Assembly (NCBI GenBank): GCA_963789955.1 | Contig: CAWBMV010000006.1 | Location: forward strand, 192,001-256,000 | Length of the DNA: 64,000 bases | Direction of reading: 5' to 3' | DNA from: an uncultured Candidatus Rokubacteria bacterium | GTDB lineage: Bacteria; Methylomirabilota; Methylomirabilia; Rokubacteriales; CSP1-6 | Shown: piece after piece, positions 45,094 to 56,458 of the stretch | Layout of the letters: every line of letters begins with the position of its first letter | Numbering within the stretch: the first letter of the stretch is position 1 | Notes under the pieces: generated by a model | What the model saw: only the letters and a program-made list of their open reading frames with translations | The model's database searches: none | Told to the model about the DNA's origin: nothing | Translations under genes and position numbers: made by a program

Positions 45094-45359
45094 GAGCGCG
45101 CGTTCTCGTACGGCTCAAGCCCGGCATCATGGACGTGCAAGGCGCGGCGGTGAAGCGCGCGCTCGCCGGCCTCGGATTCTCCGAGCTCAACGACCTGCGC
45201 GTCGGCAAGGTCATCGACATCGACCTGAACGAGCCGACGCCGGAAGGCGCGCGCGCGCGCGTGGGCGAGATGTGCCGCCAGCTGCTCGCGAACCCGATTC
45301 TGGAGGACTATACGATCGAAACCGTGGACGACCTTGCCCCGCGCGGAGCCGCACGCTAA
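45090..45359 (+). CDS. purS: FGAM synthase subunit PurS
   Basis: LKPGIMDVQG, RVGK, LLANPILEDY. Confidence 0.93.
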   Translation: MRARVLVRLKPGIMDVQGAAVKRALAGLGFSELNDLRVGKVIDIDLNEPTPEGARARVGEMCRQLLANPILEDYTIETVDDLAPRGAAR

Positions 45360-45371
45360 GATGAGTGCGCT

Positions 45372-46085
45372 ATGAGATTCGGCGTCGTGGTGTTCCCAGG
45401 CACGTGGAGCGACTGTGATTTTCACTACGTCGTCTCCGAGGTCCTGCATCAGCCCGTGCGGTACGTCTGGCATCGCGAGCGCGAGCTTCGCGAGCTCGAC
45501 TGCGTGATCCTGCCGGGCGGCTTCTCCTACGGCGACTATCTGCGCGCCGGCGCGGTGGCCGGCCGTTCGCCGGTCGTCGCAGCACTCGGCGATTTCATCG
45601 CCGGTGGCGGGCTCGTGCTCGGCTCCTGCAACGGCTTCCAGATTCTCTGCGAGGCGGGATTGCTCCCGGGCGTCCTGACGCGCAACGAGTGCCTGCAGTA
45701 CCGCTGTCAGTCGAGCCATCTGGTCGTCGAGAACGTCGACACGCCGTTCACGCGCGGTTTGCGGCCGGGCCAGGTGCTGACGATGCCGATCTCGCACGGC
45801 GAGGGCAAGTACTACGCCGATCCCGAGACACTCGCGCGGCTCAAGCAGCAGAACCTGATCGTCTTCCGGTATGCGGAAGCCGACGGCCGCGTCACCAAGA
45901 AGAGCAACCCGAACGGCTCGCTCGACAACATCGCGGGAATCGTGAATCCCGAGGGCACGGTGCTGGGCATGATGCCCCACCCGGAGCGGGCCTCCGAAGC
46001 GGCGATGGGCGGCACCGACGGGCTCCTGATGTTCCAGTCCCTCCTCGGAAGCCTCGTCGAGGATGGCAGCTTCCTCAAGCGGTAA
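45372..46085 (+). CDS. purQ: FGAM synthase glutaminase subunit
   Basis: PGGFSYGDYLR, CNGFQ, MPHPER. Confidence 0.96.
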   Translation: MRFGVVVFPGTWSDCDFHYVVSEVLHQPVRYVWHRERELRELDCVILPGGFSYGDYLRAGAVAGRSPVVAALGDFIAGGGLVLGSCNGFQILCEAGLLPGVLTRNECLQYRCQSSHLVVENVDTPFTRGLRPGQVLTMPISHGEGKYYADPETLARLKQQNLIVFRYAEADGRVTKKSNPNGSLDNIAGIVNPEGTVLGMMPHPERASEAAMGGTDGLLMFQSLLGSLVEDGSFLKR

Positions 46086-46091
46086 CCAGGG

Positions 46092-48315
46092 TTGACGGGG
46101 GCCGAGCCCAAGGTCACGCTCGGCCTGGCGCTGGAAGCAGGCCTCACGGCCGAAGAGTACGATCGCATCCTCTCACGCCTCCGGCGCGAGCCGACCTACG
46201 CCGAGCTCGGTCTCTTCTCGGCGCTCTGGTCGGAGCACTGCGCCTACAAGCACTCGCGCGTCTTCCTCTCGCGCTTGCCGCAAACGGGCTCGCACGTCCT
46301 GCAGGGGCCCGGGCGAGAACGCGGGCGCGATCGATATCGGCGACGGCTGGGCGGTCGTCTTCAAGATCGAGAGCCACAATCATCCGTCGTTCATCGAGCC
46401 GTTCCAGGGCGCGGCGACGGGCGTCGGCGGCATTCTGCGCGACATCTTCACGATGGGCGCGCGCCCGATCGCGATCCTCGACTCGCTCCGCTTCGGCGAG
46501 CTCGACGAGCCCAGGGTGCAAGAGCTCGTGAACGGCGTCGTCTCGGGCATCAGCTGGTACGGCAACTGCTTCGGCTGCCCGACGGTGGGCGGCGAGATCG
46601 CGTTCGCGCCGGAATACGCGGGCAATCCGCTCGTCAACGTGATGTGCGTCGGCCTGGTCCGCGCCGATCAGATCTTTCGCGCGCGGGCCGAAGGGCCGGG
46701 CAATCCGGTGTTCTACGTCGGCAACAAGACGGGCCGCGACGGCATCCACGGCGCGACGATGGCGTCCGCGACGTTCGACGAGCACGCCGAGGCGCGCCGC
46801 CCGACCGTCCAGGTCGGGGATCCGTTCACCGAGAAGCTCCTGCTCGAGGCGTGTCTCGAGGTGATGCGCACCGGTGCGGTCGTCGGCATCCAGGACATGG
46901 GCGCCGCGGGCCTCGCCTGCTGCACCTCCGAGATGCCCGCGCGCAGCGGGACCGGCATGGACGTCGAGCTCTCGCGCGTCCCGCAGCGCGAGACCGGGAT
47001 GACGCCGTACGAAATCCTCTTGTCCGAGTCGCAGGAGCGCATGCTGCTCGTCGCCGCGCGCGGCCGCGAGGAGGAAGTGCGGCGCGTGTTCTCGAAATGG
47101 GAGCTCGACGCGGTCGAGATCGGCACGGTGACCGAGGGCGCCGAGCTGACCGCGCGGCTCAAGGGCGAGGTCGTGGCGCGGGTGCCGGTCGATCTGCTGG
47201 CCGAAGCACCCAAATACCGCAAGCCCACGGCCGAGCCTTCGTGGCTCGCCGAGCGCCGCGCCTTCGATCCGCTGTCCTTGCCGGAGCCGGCCGACTATGG
47301 CGCGGCTCTGGCCGAGCTGCTCGCGTCGCCGACGATCGCGTCCAAGGAATGGGCGTTCCGCCAGTACGATCAGCAGGTCGGGATCAACACCCTGGTCCTG
47401 CCCGGCTCCGACGCCGCCGTCCTTCGCGTCAAAGGCACGCGGCGGGCGCTCGCGGTGTCCACCGACGGCAACGGCCGCCACGTGTTCCTCGATCCCCGGC
47501 AGGGCGCGGCGATGGCCGTATGCGAGGCGGCCCGCAACGTGTCCTGCTCGGGCGGCGAGCCGCGCGGCGTCACCGACTGCCTGAACTTCGGCTCGCCGGA
47601 ACGGCCCGAGATTCTCTGGCAATTCGCCGAAGCGATCGAGGGCATCGCGGCCGCGTGCCGGGCGCTCGACCTCCCCGTGGTCGGGGGTAACGTTTCCTTC
47701 TACAATGAGACCAGTGGCCGGGCCATTCTGCCGACCCCGGTCATCGGCGTGGTCGGGGTCCTCGATGACGCGGGCCGGCGAGCGACCCAGTGGTTCAAGG
47801 GCGCCGGCCACCGGGTCGCGCTCCTGGGGCCCGACACGGTGAGCCTCGGCGGCAGCGAGTACCTCTGGGCGCGCGAGCAGCGGCTCGCCGGCGCGCTGGC
47901 GCCGCTCGATCTCGAGACGGAGCGCCGGGTGCAGGCGGCCGTGAGGGCCGCGGTGAGCGCGGGGCTGGTCACGGCGGCGCACGACTGCTCCGAGGGCGGC
48001 GTGGCGGTCGCGCTGGCCGAAGGATGCATCACGGGCCGCGAGCTCGTCGGGTGCGAGGCGGCGCTGCCGGCGGGCGCCCGGGCCGATCTGACCTTGTTCG
48101 GCGAGGGGCCGTCGCGGGTCGTCGTCACGGTGGAGGCCGCGCGCGCCCGGGAGTTCGAGGCGCTGATGGCCGAATCGGCGATCCCCTGGCGGTGGATCGG
48201 GACGACCGGCGGCGAGCGTCTGGTAATTCGCATCGGGACCGAGACTCTGGTCGACGTCGCTACGAGACAACTCGAGCAGGCTTGGAGGACTGGATTTGAA
48301 CGTCACGTGGCGTGA
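46092..48315 (+). CDS. purL: FGAM synthase subunit PurL; frameshift near 46312
   Basis: [31 protein letters not shown]. Confidence 0.95.
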
Positions 48316-49708
48316 CGACAGATTCCACGACGAGTGCGGGCTCTTCGGCATCTGGAACCATCCGGAGGCCGCGAACGTCACGTACCTCGGTCTCTACGCC
48401 CTGCAGCATCGCGGGCAGGAGTCCGCGGGCATCGCGGCGACCGACGGCACGTCGTTCCACACCGAGAAGCACATGGGGTGGGTGGCGGACGTCTTCAGCC
48501 CGGAGCGCCTGCGGCGGCTGCCGGGTCATCGCGCCATCGGGCACGTCCGCTACTCGACCGCCGGGAGCTCGAACCTCCGGAACGCGCAGCCGATCACCGC
48601 GACCACCGCGCGCGGGCCGATCGCGATCGCCCACAACGGCAACCTGACGAACGCCGACACGCTCCGCCGCGACATGGAGCGCGACGGCGCCATCTTCCAG
48701 TCGAACTCCGACACCGAGGTGATCCTGCACCTCCTCGCGCGCGCGCCGGCCGGCCCGCTCGAGGATCAGATCGCCCACGCGCTCTCGCAGGTGAAGGGCG
48801 CGTACTCGCTCCTGATCCTGACGCTCGACGCGCTGTACGCGATCCGCGACCCGTACGGCTTTCGCCCGCTCAGTCTCGGTCGCCTCGGCGACGCCCACGT
48901 CGTCGCCTCGGAGACGTGCGCGCTCGACCTCATGGAAGCCTCGTTCCAGCGCGACGTCGAGCCGGGCGAGATCCTGATCATCTCGGACGCCGGCACCCGG
49001 TCGATCCGGCCGTTCCCGCCGGGCGAGCGGCTGCACTGCGTATTCGAGTACGTGTACTTCGCGCGGCCCGACTCGATTCTGTGGGGCCGCAACGTCCACA
49101 CCGTGCGCAAGGCGATGGGCCGCCAGCTCGCGCGCGAATACCCGGTCCAGGCCGACATCGTCATTCCCGTGCCGGATTCGGGGACCAGCGCCGCGCTCGG
49201 CTACTCCGAAGAGGCCGCGACGCCGTACGAGATGGGGCTGATCCGCAATCACTACGTCGGCCGGACGTTCATCGAGCCCAAGCAGGGCATTCGCCACTTC
49301 GGGGTCAAGGTGAAGCTCAACCCGATGCGCGAGATGCTCGAGGGCCGGCGCGTGGTGGTGGTCGACGACTCGATCGTGCGCGGCACCACGAGCCGCAAGA
49401 TCGTGCGGATGATCCGGAGCTCGGGCGCCAAGGAAGTGCACGTGCGCATCTCGTCGCCGCCGATCCAGTGGCCGTGCTTCTACGGCATCGATACGCCGAC
49501 GCGGAAAGAGCTGATCGGCTCGAGCCACAGCCCCGAGGAGATCCGTCGCTACCTCGGCGCCGACTCGCTGGGCTATCTCTCGCTCGACGGCATGCTCAAG
49601 GCCACCGGCACCGAGCCTGGGCAATTCTGCCACGCGTGCTTCACCGGCAACTATCGCGTGGGGATCGAGCCCGAGCCGACGCCGCAGCTCAGCCTCTTCG
49701 AGGGCTGA
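48296..49708 (+). CDS. purF: Amidophosphoribosyltransferase (Fe-S type with propeptide)
   Basis: [34 protein letters not shown]. Confidence 0.96.
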   Translation: MNVTWRDDRFHDECGLFGIWNHPEAANVTYLGLYALQHRGQESAGIAATDGTSFHTEKHMGWVADVFSPERLRRLPGHRAIGHVRYSTAGSSNLRNAQPITATTARGPIAIAHNGNLTNADTLRRDMERDGAIFQSNSDTEVILHLLARAPAGPLEDQIAHALSQVKGAYSLLILTLDALYAIRDPYGFRPLSLGRLGDAHVVASETCALDLMEASFQRDVEPGEILIISDAGTRSIRPFPPGERLHCVFEYVYFARPDSILWGRNVHTVRKAMGRQLAREYPVQADIVIPVPDSGTSAALGYSEEAATPYEMGLIRNHYVGRTFIEPKQGIRHFGVKVKLNPMREMLEGRRVVVVDDSIVRGTTSRKIVRMIRSSGAKEVHVRISSPPIQWPCFYGIDTPTRKELIGSSHSPEEIRRYLGADSLGYLSLDGMLKATGTEPGQFCHACFTGNYRVGIEPEPTPQLSLFEG

Positions 49709-49709
49709 C

Positions 49710-50741
49710 GTGAAGCCGCTCACCTATCGCCAAGCCGGCGTCGACATCGACGCGGGCGACGATGCGGTCCGCCGCATCACGCCGCTCGCCCGCGCGACGA
49801 ACCGCGCCGAGGTGATCGGCGGCGTCGGCGGCTTCGCGAGCCTGGTCGGCCTGCCCTCGAAATACCGCGAGCCCGTCATGGTCTCGTCGACGGACGGAGT
49901 GGGTTCGAAGCTGAAGATCGCGTGCCTCGCCGGCCGGCACGACACGGTGGGCATCGACCTGGTCGCGATGGGCGTGAACGACATCCTCGTGCCGGGCGCC
50001 GAGCCCCTCTATTTCCTCGACTACATCTCGGTCGGCCGGCTCGATCCCGGGCAGATCGAAGCGATCGTCGGCGGCGTCGCCGAGGGCTGCCGGCAGGCCG
50101 GTTGCGCGCTGGTCGGCGGCGAGATGGCCGAGCACCCCGACTCGCTCCCGCCCGGAGAGTACGATCTCGCCGGCTTCGCGGTCGGCATCGCCGAGCGGCA
50201 GCGGTTGATCGACGGCTCGAAGATCCGTCCCGGCGACGTCGTCCTGGGCCTGGCCTCGTCGGGTCTGCACTCCAACGGCTACAGCCTGGTACGGCGCATC
50301 GTGTTCGACGTGATGAAGCTCCGCGTGACCGATACCCTGCCGGGAACCGGACAACTCGTGGCGGACGAGCTGCTCACTCCGACGCGCATTTACGTGCGAT
50401 CGATTCAGACCCTACTGGAGACGGTCGAGGTGAGGGGCATGGCGCACGTGACCGGGGGCGGCGTCACCGGCAACATCCCCCGCGTGCTCCCTCACGGTTG
50501 CCGAGCCCGGCTGATCCGCAGCTCCTGGTCGCCACCCGCGGTATTCGAGACTCTCCGCCAGGCCGGCCGAGTGGAGGATGCCGAGATGTTCAGGACCTTC
50601 AACATGGGGATCGGCTACGTGGTCATCGTGCCCTCGGGCGACGCGGACACGGCAGCGCGTGTTCTCCGAGGCGCCGGCGAGAAGGTGACGAGAATCGGCG
50701 AGATCGTCGCCGGGGAGCGCGGCGTGGAGCTCGTCGCGTGA
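49710..50741 (+). CDS. purM: AIR synthetase
   Basis: YRQAGVD, TDGVGSK, GLHSNGYS, FNMG. Confidence 0.96.
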   Translation: MKPLTYRQAGVDIDAGDDAVRRITPLARATNRAEVIGGVGGFASLVGLPSKYREPVMVSSTDGVGSKLKIACLAGRHDTVGIDLVAMGVNDILVPGAEPLYFLDYISVGRLDPGQIEAIVGGVAEGCRQAGCALVGGEMAEHPDSLPPGEYDLAGFAVGIAERQRLIDGSKIRPGDVVLGLASSGLHSNGYSLVRRIVFDVMKLRVTDTLPGTGQLVADELLTPTRIYVRSIQTLLETVEVRGMAHVTGGGVTGNIPRVLPHGCRARLIRSSWSPPAVFETLRQAGRVEDAEMFRTFNMGIGYVVIVPSGDADTAARVLRGAGEKVTRIGEIVAGERGVELVA

Positions 50742-51370
50742 CGGCCGCGCGCGCTCGGCTGCGCGTGGGCGTCCTGGTCTCGGGGCGGGGCTCCAATCTC
50801 CAGGCCCTGCTGGACGCCTCGGCGAGACCGGACTACCCGGCCGAGGTCGTCGTCGTGATCTCCGACCGGGAGCGAGCGGCCGCCCTCGATCGTGCGCGGG
50901 CGGCGGGCATCGAAGCGCTCTACGTGAACCCGAAAGACTTCGCCGACCGGGAGGCCTTCGACCTGGCGCTCGTCCGCGAGCTCTCGGCGCGCCGGGTCGG
51001 TCTCGTGTGCACCGCCGGGTTCATGCGGATCCTGTCGCCGGCATTCACGCGCGCGTTCGCGGGGCGCGCGATGAACATTCACCCCTCGCTCCTGCCCTCG
51101 TTTCCGGGACTTCACGCTCAGCGGCAAGCCCTGGACCAGGGCGTGAAGGTGGCCGGCGCGACGGTGCACTTCCTCGACGACGGGGCGGTCGACACCGGCC
51201 CGATCATTCTCCAATCGACCGTGCCGGTGCAGGCCGACGACACCGAGGACACGCTCGCGGCGCGGATCCTGGCCGAAGAGCATCGTCTCTATCCCGAAGC
51301 GGTGCGCCTGTTTGCCGAGGGACGCCTCGCCATCGACGGTCGGAGGGTCACGGTGCGAGGTAAGCCATGA
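50738..51370 (+). CDS. purN: GAR transformylase
   Basis: SGRGSNL, NIHPSLLP, DTGPII. Confidence 0.95.
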   Translation: MTAARARLRVGVLVSGRGSNLQALLDASARPDYPAEVVVVISDRERAAALDRARAAGIEALYVNPKDFADREAFDLALVRELSARRVGLVCTAGFMRILSPAFTRAFAGRAMNIHPSLLPSFPGLHAQRQALDQGVKVAGATVHFLDDGAVDTGPIILQSTVPVQADDTEDTLAARILAEEHRLYPEAVRLFAEGRLAIDGRRVTVRGKP

Positions 51371-52947
51371 AGGTCCGCCGAGCACTCATCAGCGTGCACG
51401 ACAAGACCGGGATCGTCGAGTTCGCGCGGGCTCTGGCCGGTCTCGGCGTCGAGATCCTGTCGACCGGCGGCACGGCGAAGCTGATCCGCGAGTCGGGGGT
51501 CCGCGTGATCGACGTGGCGGAGGCGACCGGTTTCCCCGAGATGCTCGACGGGCGCGTCAAGACGCTCCATCCGAAGATCCACGGCGGCATCCTGGCCCGC
51601 CGTGATGTCCCCGAGCATCTCGCCGCGCTCGGCAAGCACGGGATCACGCCGATCGATCTGGTCGTCGTCGCCCTCTATCCCTTCGAGCAGACGGTGGCGC
51701 GGCCCGGCGTGACGCAGGTCGAAGCGATCGAGCAGATCGACGTCGGCGGCCCCACGATGATCCGGGCGGCCGCCAAGAACCACGGGAGCGTCGCGGTCGT
51801 GACCGCGCAGTCGCAGTACGCGGCGGTCCTCGACGAGCTGCGCGCCAGCGGCGGATCGCTCAGCGACGCGACGCGTTTCCGCCTCGCGCAAGACGCGTTC
51901 CGCCGCACCGCGGAGTACGACGCGGCCATCTCGGCCTATCTGTCCTCGAGCGCGCCCGTGCCGGGCGAGGGTGTCCGCAGCGAGCTGTTCCCGGCGCAGC
52001 TCAGGTTCGAGGCCGAGCGCGTACTCCCGCTGCGCTACGGGGAGAACCCGCACCAGGAAGCCGCGTTCTATCGTCAGGTCGGCGCGCCGTCCGTGGGCCT
52101 CGCCACCATGAAGCAGCTCCACGGTCCGGAGCTCGGCTACAACAACCTGCTCGACTTCTCGGCGGCACTCTCGCTGCTGCTCGAGTTCGAGGAGCCGGCG
52201 GCCGTCGTCATCAAGCACACGAACCCGTGCGGGGTCAGTCGCGCGGCGACGGTGGGCGCCGCCATCGTCCTGGCCAAGGCGTCGGACCCGGTCTCGATCT
52301 ACGGCGGTATCGTCGGGGTCAACCGCACCCTGGACGCCGCCGTCGTCGAGGCGCTGGCGGGTGTCTTCGTCGAGATCCTCTTCGCCCCGGCGTTCACGCC
52401 GGACGCGCTCGAAGAGATCAAACGCACCAAGAAGAAGTGCCGCGTCTTCGAGGTCGCCTGCGACCGGACCTTGCCCGCGCGGCTCCCCGAATACCGCGGT
52501 GTCCTGGGCGGCCTGCTCGTGCAGACGACCGATCTCGCCGACCTCGAGCCCGCCAATCTCAAGACCGTGTCGAAGCGGGCACCGACCGCCGCCGAGCTCG
52601 ACGCGCTCCGCTTCGCCTGGCGCGTGGGCAAGCACGCCAAGTCCAACGCGATCGTGCTGACGACGCGCGACCAGGTGGTCGGCGTCGGCGCCGGCCAGAT
52701 GAACCGGGTCGACTCGGCGCGCCTGGCGGTGATGCGCGCCCGCGAGATCGGCCTTCCGACGAAGGGCACCGTGTGCGCCTCCGACGCGTTCTTTCCGTTC
52801 CGCGACGGACTCGACGTGGTCGCCGGCGCCGGCGCCACGGCGGTGATCCAGCCGGGAGGCTCCTTGCGCGACGAAGAGGTCATCGCCGCGGCCGACGAGC
52901 AGGGGCTCGCGATGGTCTTCACAGGCGTCCGTCATTTCCGTCACTAG
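51367..52947 (+). CDS. purH: AICAR transformylase / IMP cyclohydrolase
   Basis: GRVKTLHP, RYGENPHQ, SDAFFPF, RHFRH. Confidence 0.97.
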   Translation: MKVRRALISVHDKTGIVEFARALAGLGVEILSTGGTAKLIRESGVRVIDVAEATGFPEMLDGRVKTLHPKIHGGILARRDVPEHLAALGKHGITPIDLVVVALYPFEQTVARPGVTQVEAIEQIDVGGPTMIRAAAKNHGSVAVVTAQSQYAAVLDELRASGGSLSDATRFRLAQDAFRRTAEYDAAISAYLSSSAPVPGEGVRSELFPAQLRFEAERVLPLRYGENPHQEAAFYRQVGAPSVGLATMKQLHGPELGYNNLLDFSAALSLLLEFEEPAAVVIKHTNPCGVSRAATVGAAIVLAKASDPVSIYGGIVGVNRTLDAAVVEALAGVFVEILFAPAFTPDALEEIKRTKKKCRVFEVACDRTLPARLPEYRGVLGGLLVQTTDLADLEPANLKTVSKRAPTAAELDALRFAWRVGKHAKSNAIVLTTRDQVVGVGAGQMNRVDSARLAVMRAREIGLPTKGTVCASDAFFPFRDGLDVVAGAGATAVIQPGGSLRDEEVIAAADEQGLAMVFTGVRHFRH

Positions 52948-52961
52948 TCGAGAGCGCTCCG

Positions 52962-53861
52962 ATGAGCCCGTCCCAGCCCGAGCGCATCTACGGCGTGCGG
53001 GAGCTCACCCGGATCTTGACACTCACGCCGAAGCGAGCCGGACAGCTCCGCCGGCTGGAGCTTCTGCGCGGCGATTCCGGCTACACGTTCCGCGACTTGC
53101 TGGCGCTGCGCGCGGCCAGCGCGCTCCTCGACGCCGGGGCCTCGGTGCGGCAGATCCGCGAGGCGCTCACGGCCCTGCGTCGTCAGGATCCGGACCTCCA
53201 GCAGCCGCTGGCCGAGGTACGGCTGGTGCTCGAAGGTGACCGGCTCGTCGCCCAGTCCGATCGCGTTCGCTTCGATCCGCGCACGGGCCAGATGGTGCTG
53301 GCCCTCGACTCGGGCGGGCTCGAGGCCGCCGCCACCGCCACGCTCGGCACCGGCCTGGTGCGGCCGCTGGCGCCGCCCGCCGATCAGGCCGAAACCTGGT
53401 TCGAGCGCGCCAGCGAGTGGGACAGCGATCCGGCGCAGTGGGAAGACGCGATCGACGCCTACCGGCGTGTCGTCTCGATCGATCCGACCTACGCCGCGGC
53501 GTGGAACAACCTGGGGCTGCTCCTGCACCGCATGGGCCGTTACGACGAGGCCAGCGAGGCATACCTGGCGGCGCTCGGTCAGGATCCGCAGTGCTGCGAG
53601 GCCGCCTACAACCTCGGATCGTTGCACGAGGACCGCGGCGCGATCGAGGAAGCGATCGGCGACTACCGTCGGGCACTCATGCTCTCGCCCGATTACGCGG
53701 ACGCCCACTTCAATCTCGCGGGCGCGCTCGCGCGCAACGGCCGTGACGGCGAGGCGATCAAGCACTGGCAGCGCTACCTCGAGCTCGACTCCGGCAGTCC
53801 CTGGGCCCGCATCGCGCGAGCCCACCTCGAAGTCGTCGAGCCCCCCGACCGAACCGAATGA
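52962..53861 (+). CDS. MerR-like HTH plus tetratricopeptide repeat protein
   Basis: YTFRDLLALR...GASVRQI; TPR motifs AWNNLG, AAYNLG, AHFNLA. Confidence 0.75.
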   Translation: MSPSQPERIYGVRELTRILTLTPKRAGQLRRLELLRGDSGYTFRDLLALRAASALLDAGASVRQIREALTALRRQDPDLQQPLAEVRLVLEGDRLVAQSDRVRFDPRTGQMVLALDSGGLEAAATATLGTGLVRPLAPPADQAETWFERASEWDSDPAQWEDAIDAYRRVVSIDPTYAAAWNNLGLLLHRMGRYDEASEAYLAALGQDPQCCEAAYNLGSLHEDRGAIEEAIGDYRRALMLSPDYADAHFNLAGALARNGRDGEAIKHWQRYLELDSGSPWARIARAHLEVVEPPDRTE

Positions 53862-53982
53862 AACCGGCCCGAACCACGAACCAGGGCCCAACGACGCGCT
53901 CGGCGAGATCGGGCATGCGGAGCTTCGCCGCACCTGTCTCAGGCCACCCTCGGTCCAAGCCGGCCTCGAGGACCCCGCTACA

Positions 53983-55255
53983 ATGACCCTCAAGATTCTC
54001 ATCGTCGGCGGCGGCGGCCGGGAGCACGCGCTGGCCTGGAAGATCGCGCAGAGCCCGCTGGTCGACACGCTTGTTCGCGGCACCCGGCAATCCGGGCATC
54101 GCGCGCCACGCGCGCTGCGTCGACATCGGCGTCGACGCGCACGACGATCTCGTCGCGTTCGCCCGGCGCGAGCGCATCGATCTGACGGTGATCGGGCCAG
54201 AGGCGCCGCTCGTCGCCGGCCTCGCCGATCGGTTCGCCGCGGCGGGACTGGCCGTCTTCGGGCCGAGCGCGCGCGCGGCGGCGATCGAAGGTTCCAAGGC
54301 GTTCTCCAAGGACCTGATGCGGCGCCACGGGATCCCGACCGCGCGGTTCGCGACCTTCGACGACATTGACGGCGCGCGTCGCTTCTGCCGCGAGATGGGC
54401 GCCCCGCTCGTGGTGAAGGCCGACGGTCTCGCGGCCGGCAAGGGCGCGATCGTGTGCGCCACGCTCGAGGAGGCCGACGCCGCGATCGCCGAGTGCATGG
54501 AGCGGCGAGCGTTCGGCGCCGCCGGCGCGCGCGTGGTCGTCGAGGAGTTCATGATCGGCCAGGAAATCTCGTGGTTCGTGCTGTCGAACGGCGGCGACGT
54601 CATGACGCTCGCCGCCGCCGAGGATCACAAGGCGGTCTTCGACGGCGACCGCGGCCCGAACACCGGCGGCATGGGCTGCTACTCGCCGGTGGCGGTGTTC
54701 GACGAGGCGCTCGAGAAGCGTGTCATGGAGACGATCGTGCGCCCGACGCTCGCCGCGCTCGCCGGCGAGGGTGCCCCGTATCACGGCGTCCTCTATGTGG
54801 GCCTCATGCTGACGGCGCAGGGCCCGAAAGTCGTCGAGTTCAATTGCCGCTTCGGCGATCCCGAGTGTCAGGCGCTCATGGTGCGGGCGCCGGGTGATCT
54901 GGTGCCGCTGCTCCGCGCGGCCGCCGACGGAGACGCGTGGCCACCGGCGCATCCATGGCCTGGCACGGCTTCGGTCTGCGTGAACATCGCCTCCGGGGGC
55001 TATCCGGGAAAGTATCGGACCGGGTTGCCGATCCGCGGCGTGGAAGCGGCGGACGCCAGGCCAGGTGTCCAGGTGTTTCATGCGGGAACCGCGACGAAGA
55101 ATGGGGCCCTCGTGACCGCGGGCGGGCGAGTGCTCGGCGTGACCGCGGTTGCCGCGAGCATGGACGCGGCGATCGCGGCGGCGTATGCGGCGGTCCACGA
55201 GATCTCGTTCGAGGGCATGCACTACCGGACCGACATCGGGAGGCGCAGAGCGTGA
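53983..55255 (+). CDS. purD: GAR synthetase; frameshift near 54070
   Basis: GGGGREHAL, KADGLAAGKG, NTGGMG, EFNCRFGDPE. Confidence 0.95.
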
Positions 55256-55785
55256 CAGGACCTGTACGCGTAGGCATCGTGCTCGGCAGCGACAGCGATC
55301 TCGAGGTGATGCTCGAAGCCGTGAAGGTACTCGACGCGCTCGAGGTCGGGAGCGAGGTCGTCGTCACTTCGGCGCATCGAACGCCGGAGCGGACTCACGA
55401 ATACGCCACGACGGCGCACGCCCGCGGGCTCGGCGTGCTCATCGCCGGCGCCGGCGGCGCCGCCGCGCTTCCCGGCGTGCTCGCGGCCTCGTCGCCCTTG
55501 CCGGTCATCGGCGTGCCGGTCGCGTCGACGCCGCTCGGCGGAATCGATGCGTTGCTCTCGATCGTGCAGATGCCGAAGGGCGTCCCGGTCGCGACCGTCG
55601 CGATCGGCAAATGGGGCGCGGCGAATGCCGGTCTGCTGGCCGCTCAGATCCTGGCGGTCGGAGATCCAGCGCTGGCCGCGCGGATCGCGGCGTATCGCAA
55701 GCGGTTGGCCGACGAGGTGGACGAGCGCGCGCGCAAGGTCGCCGCGCAGATGAAGTCGGGCGGGCCGCCGAAGTCGGGGACGTGA
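55252..55785 (+). CDS. purE: PurE (N5-CAIR mutase / AIR carboxylase)
   Basis: GSDSD, SAHRTP, PVIGVP, QMPKGVPVATV. Confidence 0.93.
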   Translation: MTGPVRVGIVLGSDSDLEVMLEAVKVLDALEVGSEVVVTSAHRTPERTHEYATTAHARGLGVLIAGAGGAAALPGVLAASSPLPVIGVPVASTPLGGIDALLSIVQMPKGVPVATVAIGKWGAANAGLLAAQILAVGDPALAARIAAYRKRLADEVDERARKVAAQMKSGGPPKSGT

Positions 55786-56458
55786 CGGGCCCCGACCGGT
55801 CGCGCGTCCTCGCCGTCGACCCCGTTGCGCCCACTCGAGCCGCGCTACGCACCGCCGCCGACACGCTCCGCGCCGGTGGCGTGGTGGCGCTTCCGACCGA
55901 GACCTTCTACGGGCTCGCCGTCGCCGCGCTCGACGCCGGATCGGTCAGGCGCATCTTCGAGCTGAAGGGACGGCCCGACTCCAAGCCGCTGCTCGTCCTC
56001 GTCGACTCGGTCGCGATGACGGAGACCGTCGCGCACGTGACCCCATCGGCGCGCGATCTCATGACGCGCTACTGGCCCGGCGCGCTGACCCTGGTCATGC
56101 CGGCGCGCGCCACGGTGCCGTCCGTCGTGACGGCGGGAACGGGCACGCTCGGCGTTCGTCTCTCGTCCCATCCGGTCGCGCGCGGCCTGGTCGAGCTGCT
56201 CGGCGAGCCGGTGACGGCGCCGAGCGCGAACCCGAACGGGCTGGCGCCGCCCACGACCGCGGCCGGCGTGCTCGACGCATTTCCCCGAGGGCGTCGATCT
56301 CATCCTCGACGGCGGCCCCACTCGCGGCGGTGAGCCGTCGACGGTGCTCGATCTCACCGTGGACCCGCCGCGCGTGTTGCGGCAGGGCGCGGTCGTCGTG
56401 CGGGACATCGCGGGGCAGCCCGGGGAGCATCCAGCCGTCGCGGACGAGGCCGTCGTGA
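55782..56458 (+). CDS. tsaC: Threonylcarbamoyl-AMP synthase (Sua5/YrdC); frameshift near 56285, 3' end uncertain
   Basis: PTETFYGL, KGRP, WPGALT, APSAN, PSTVLD, LRQG. Confidence 0.88.
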
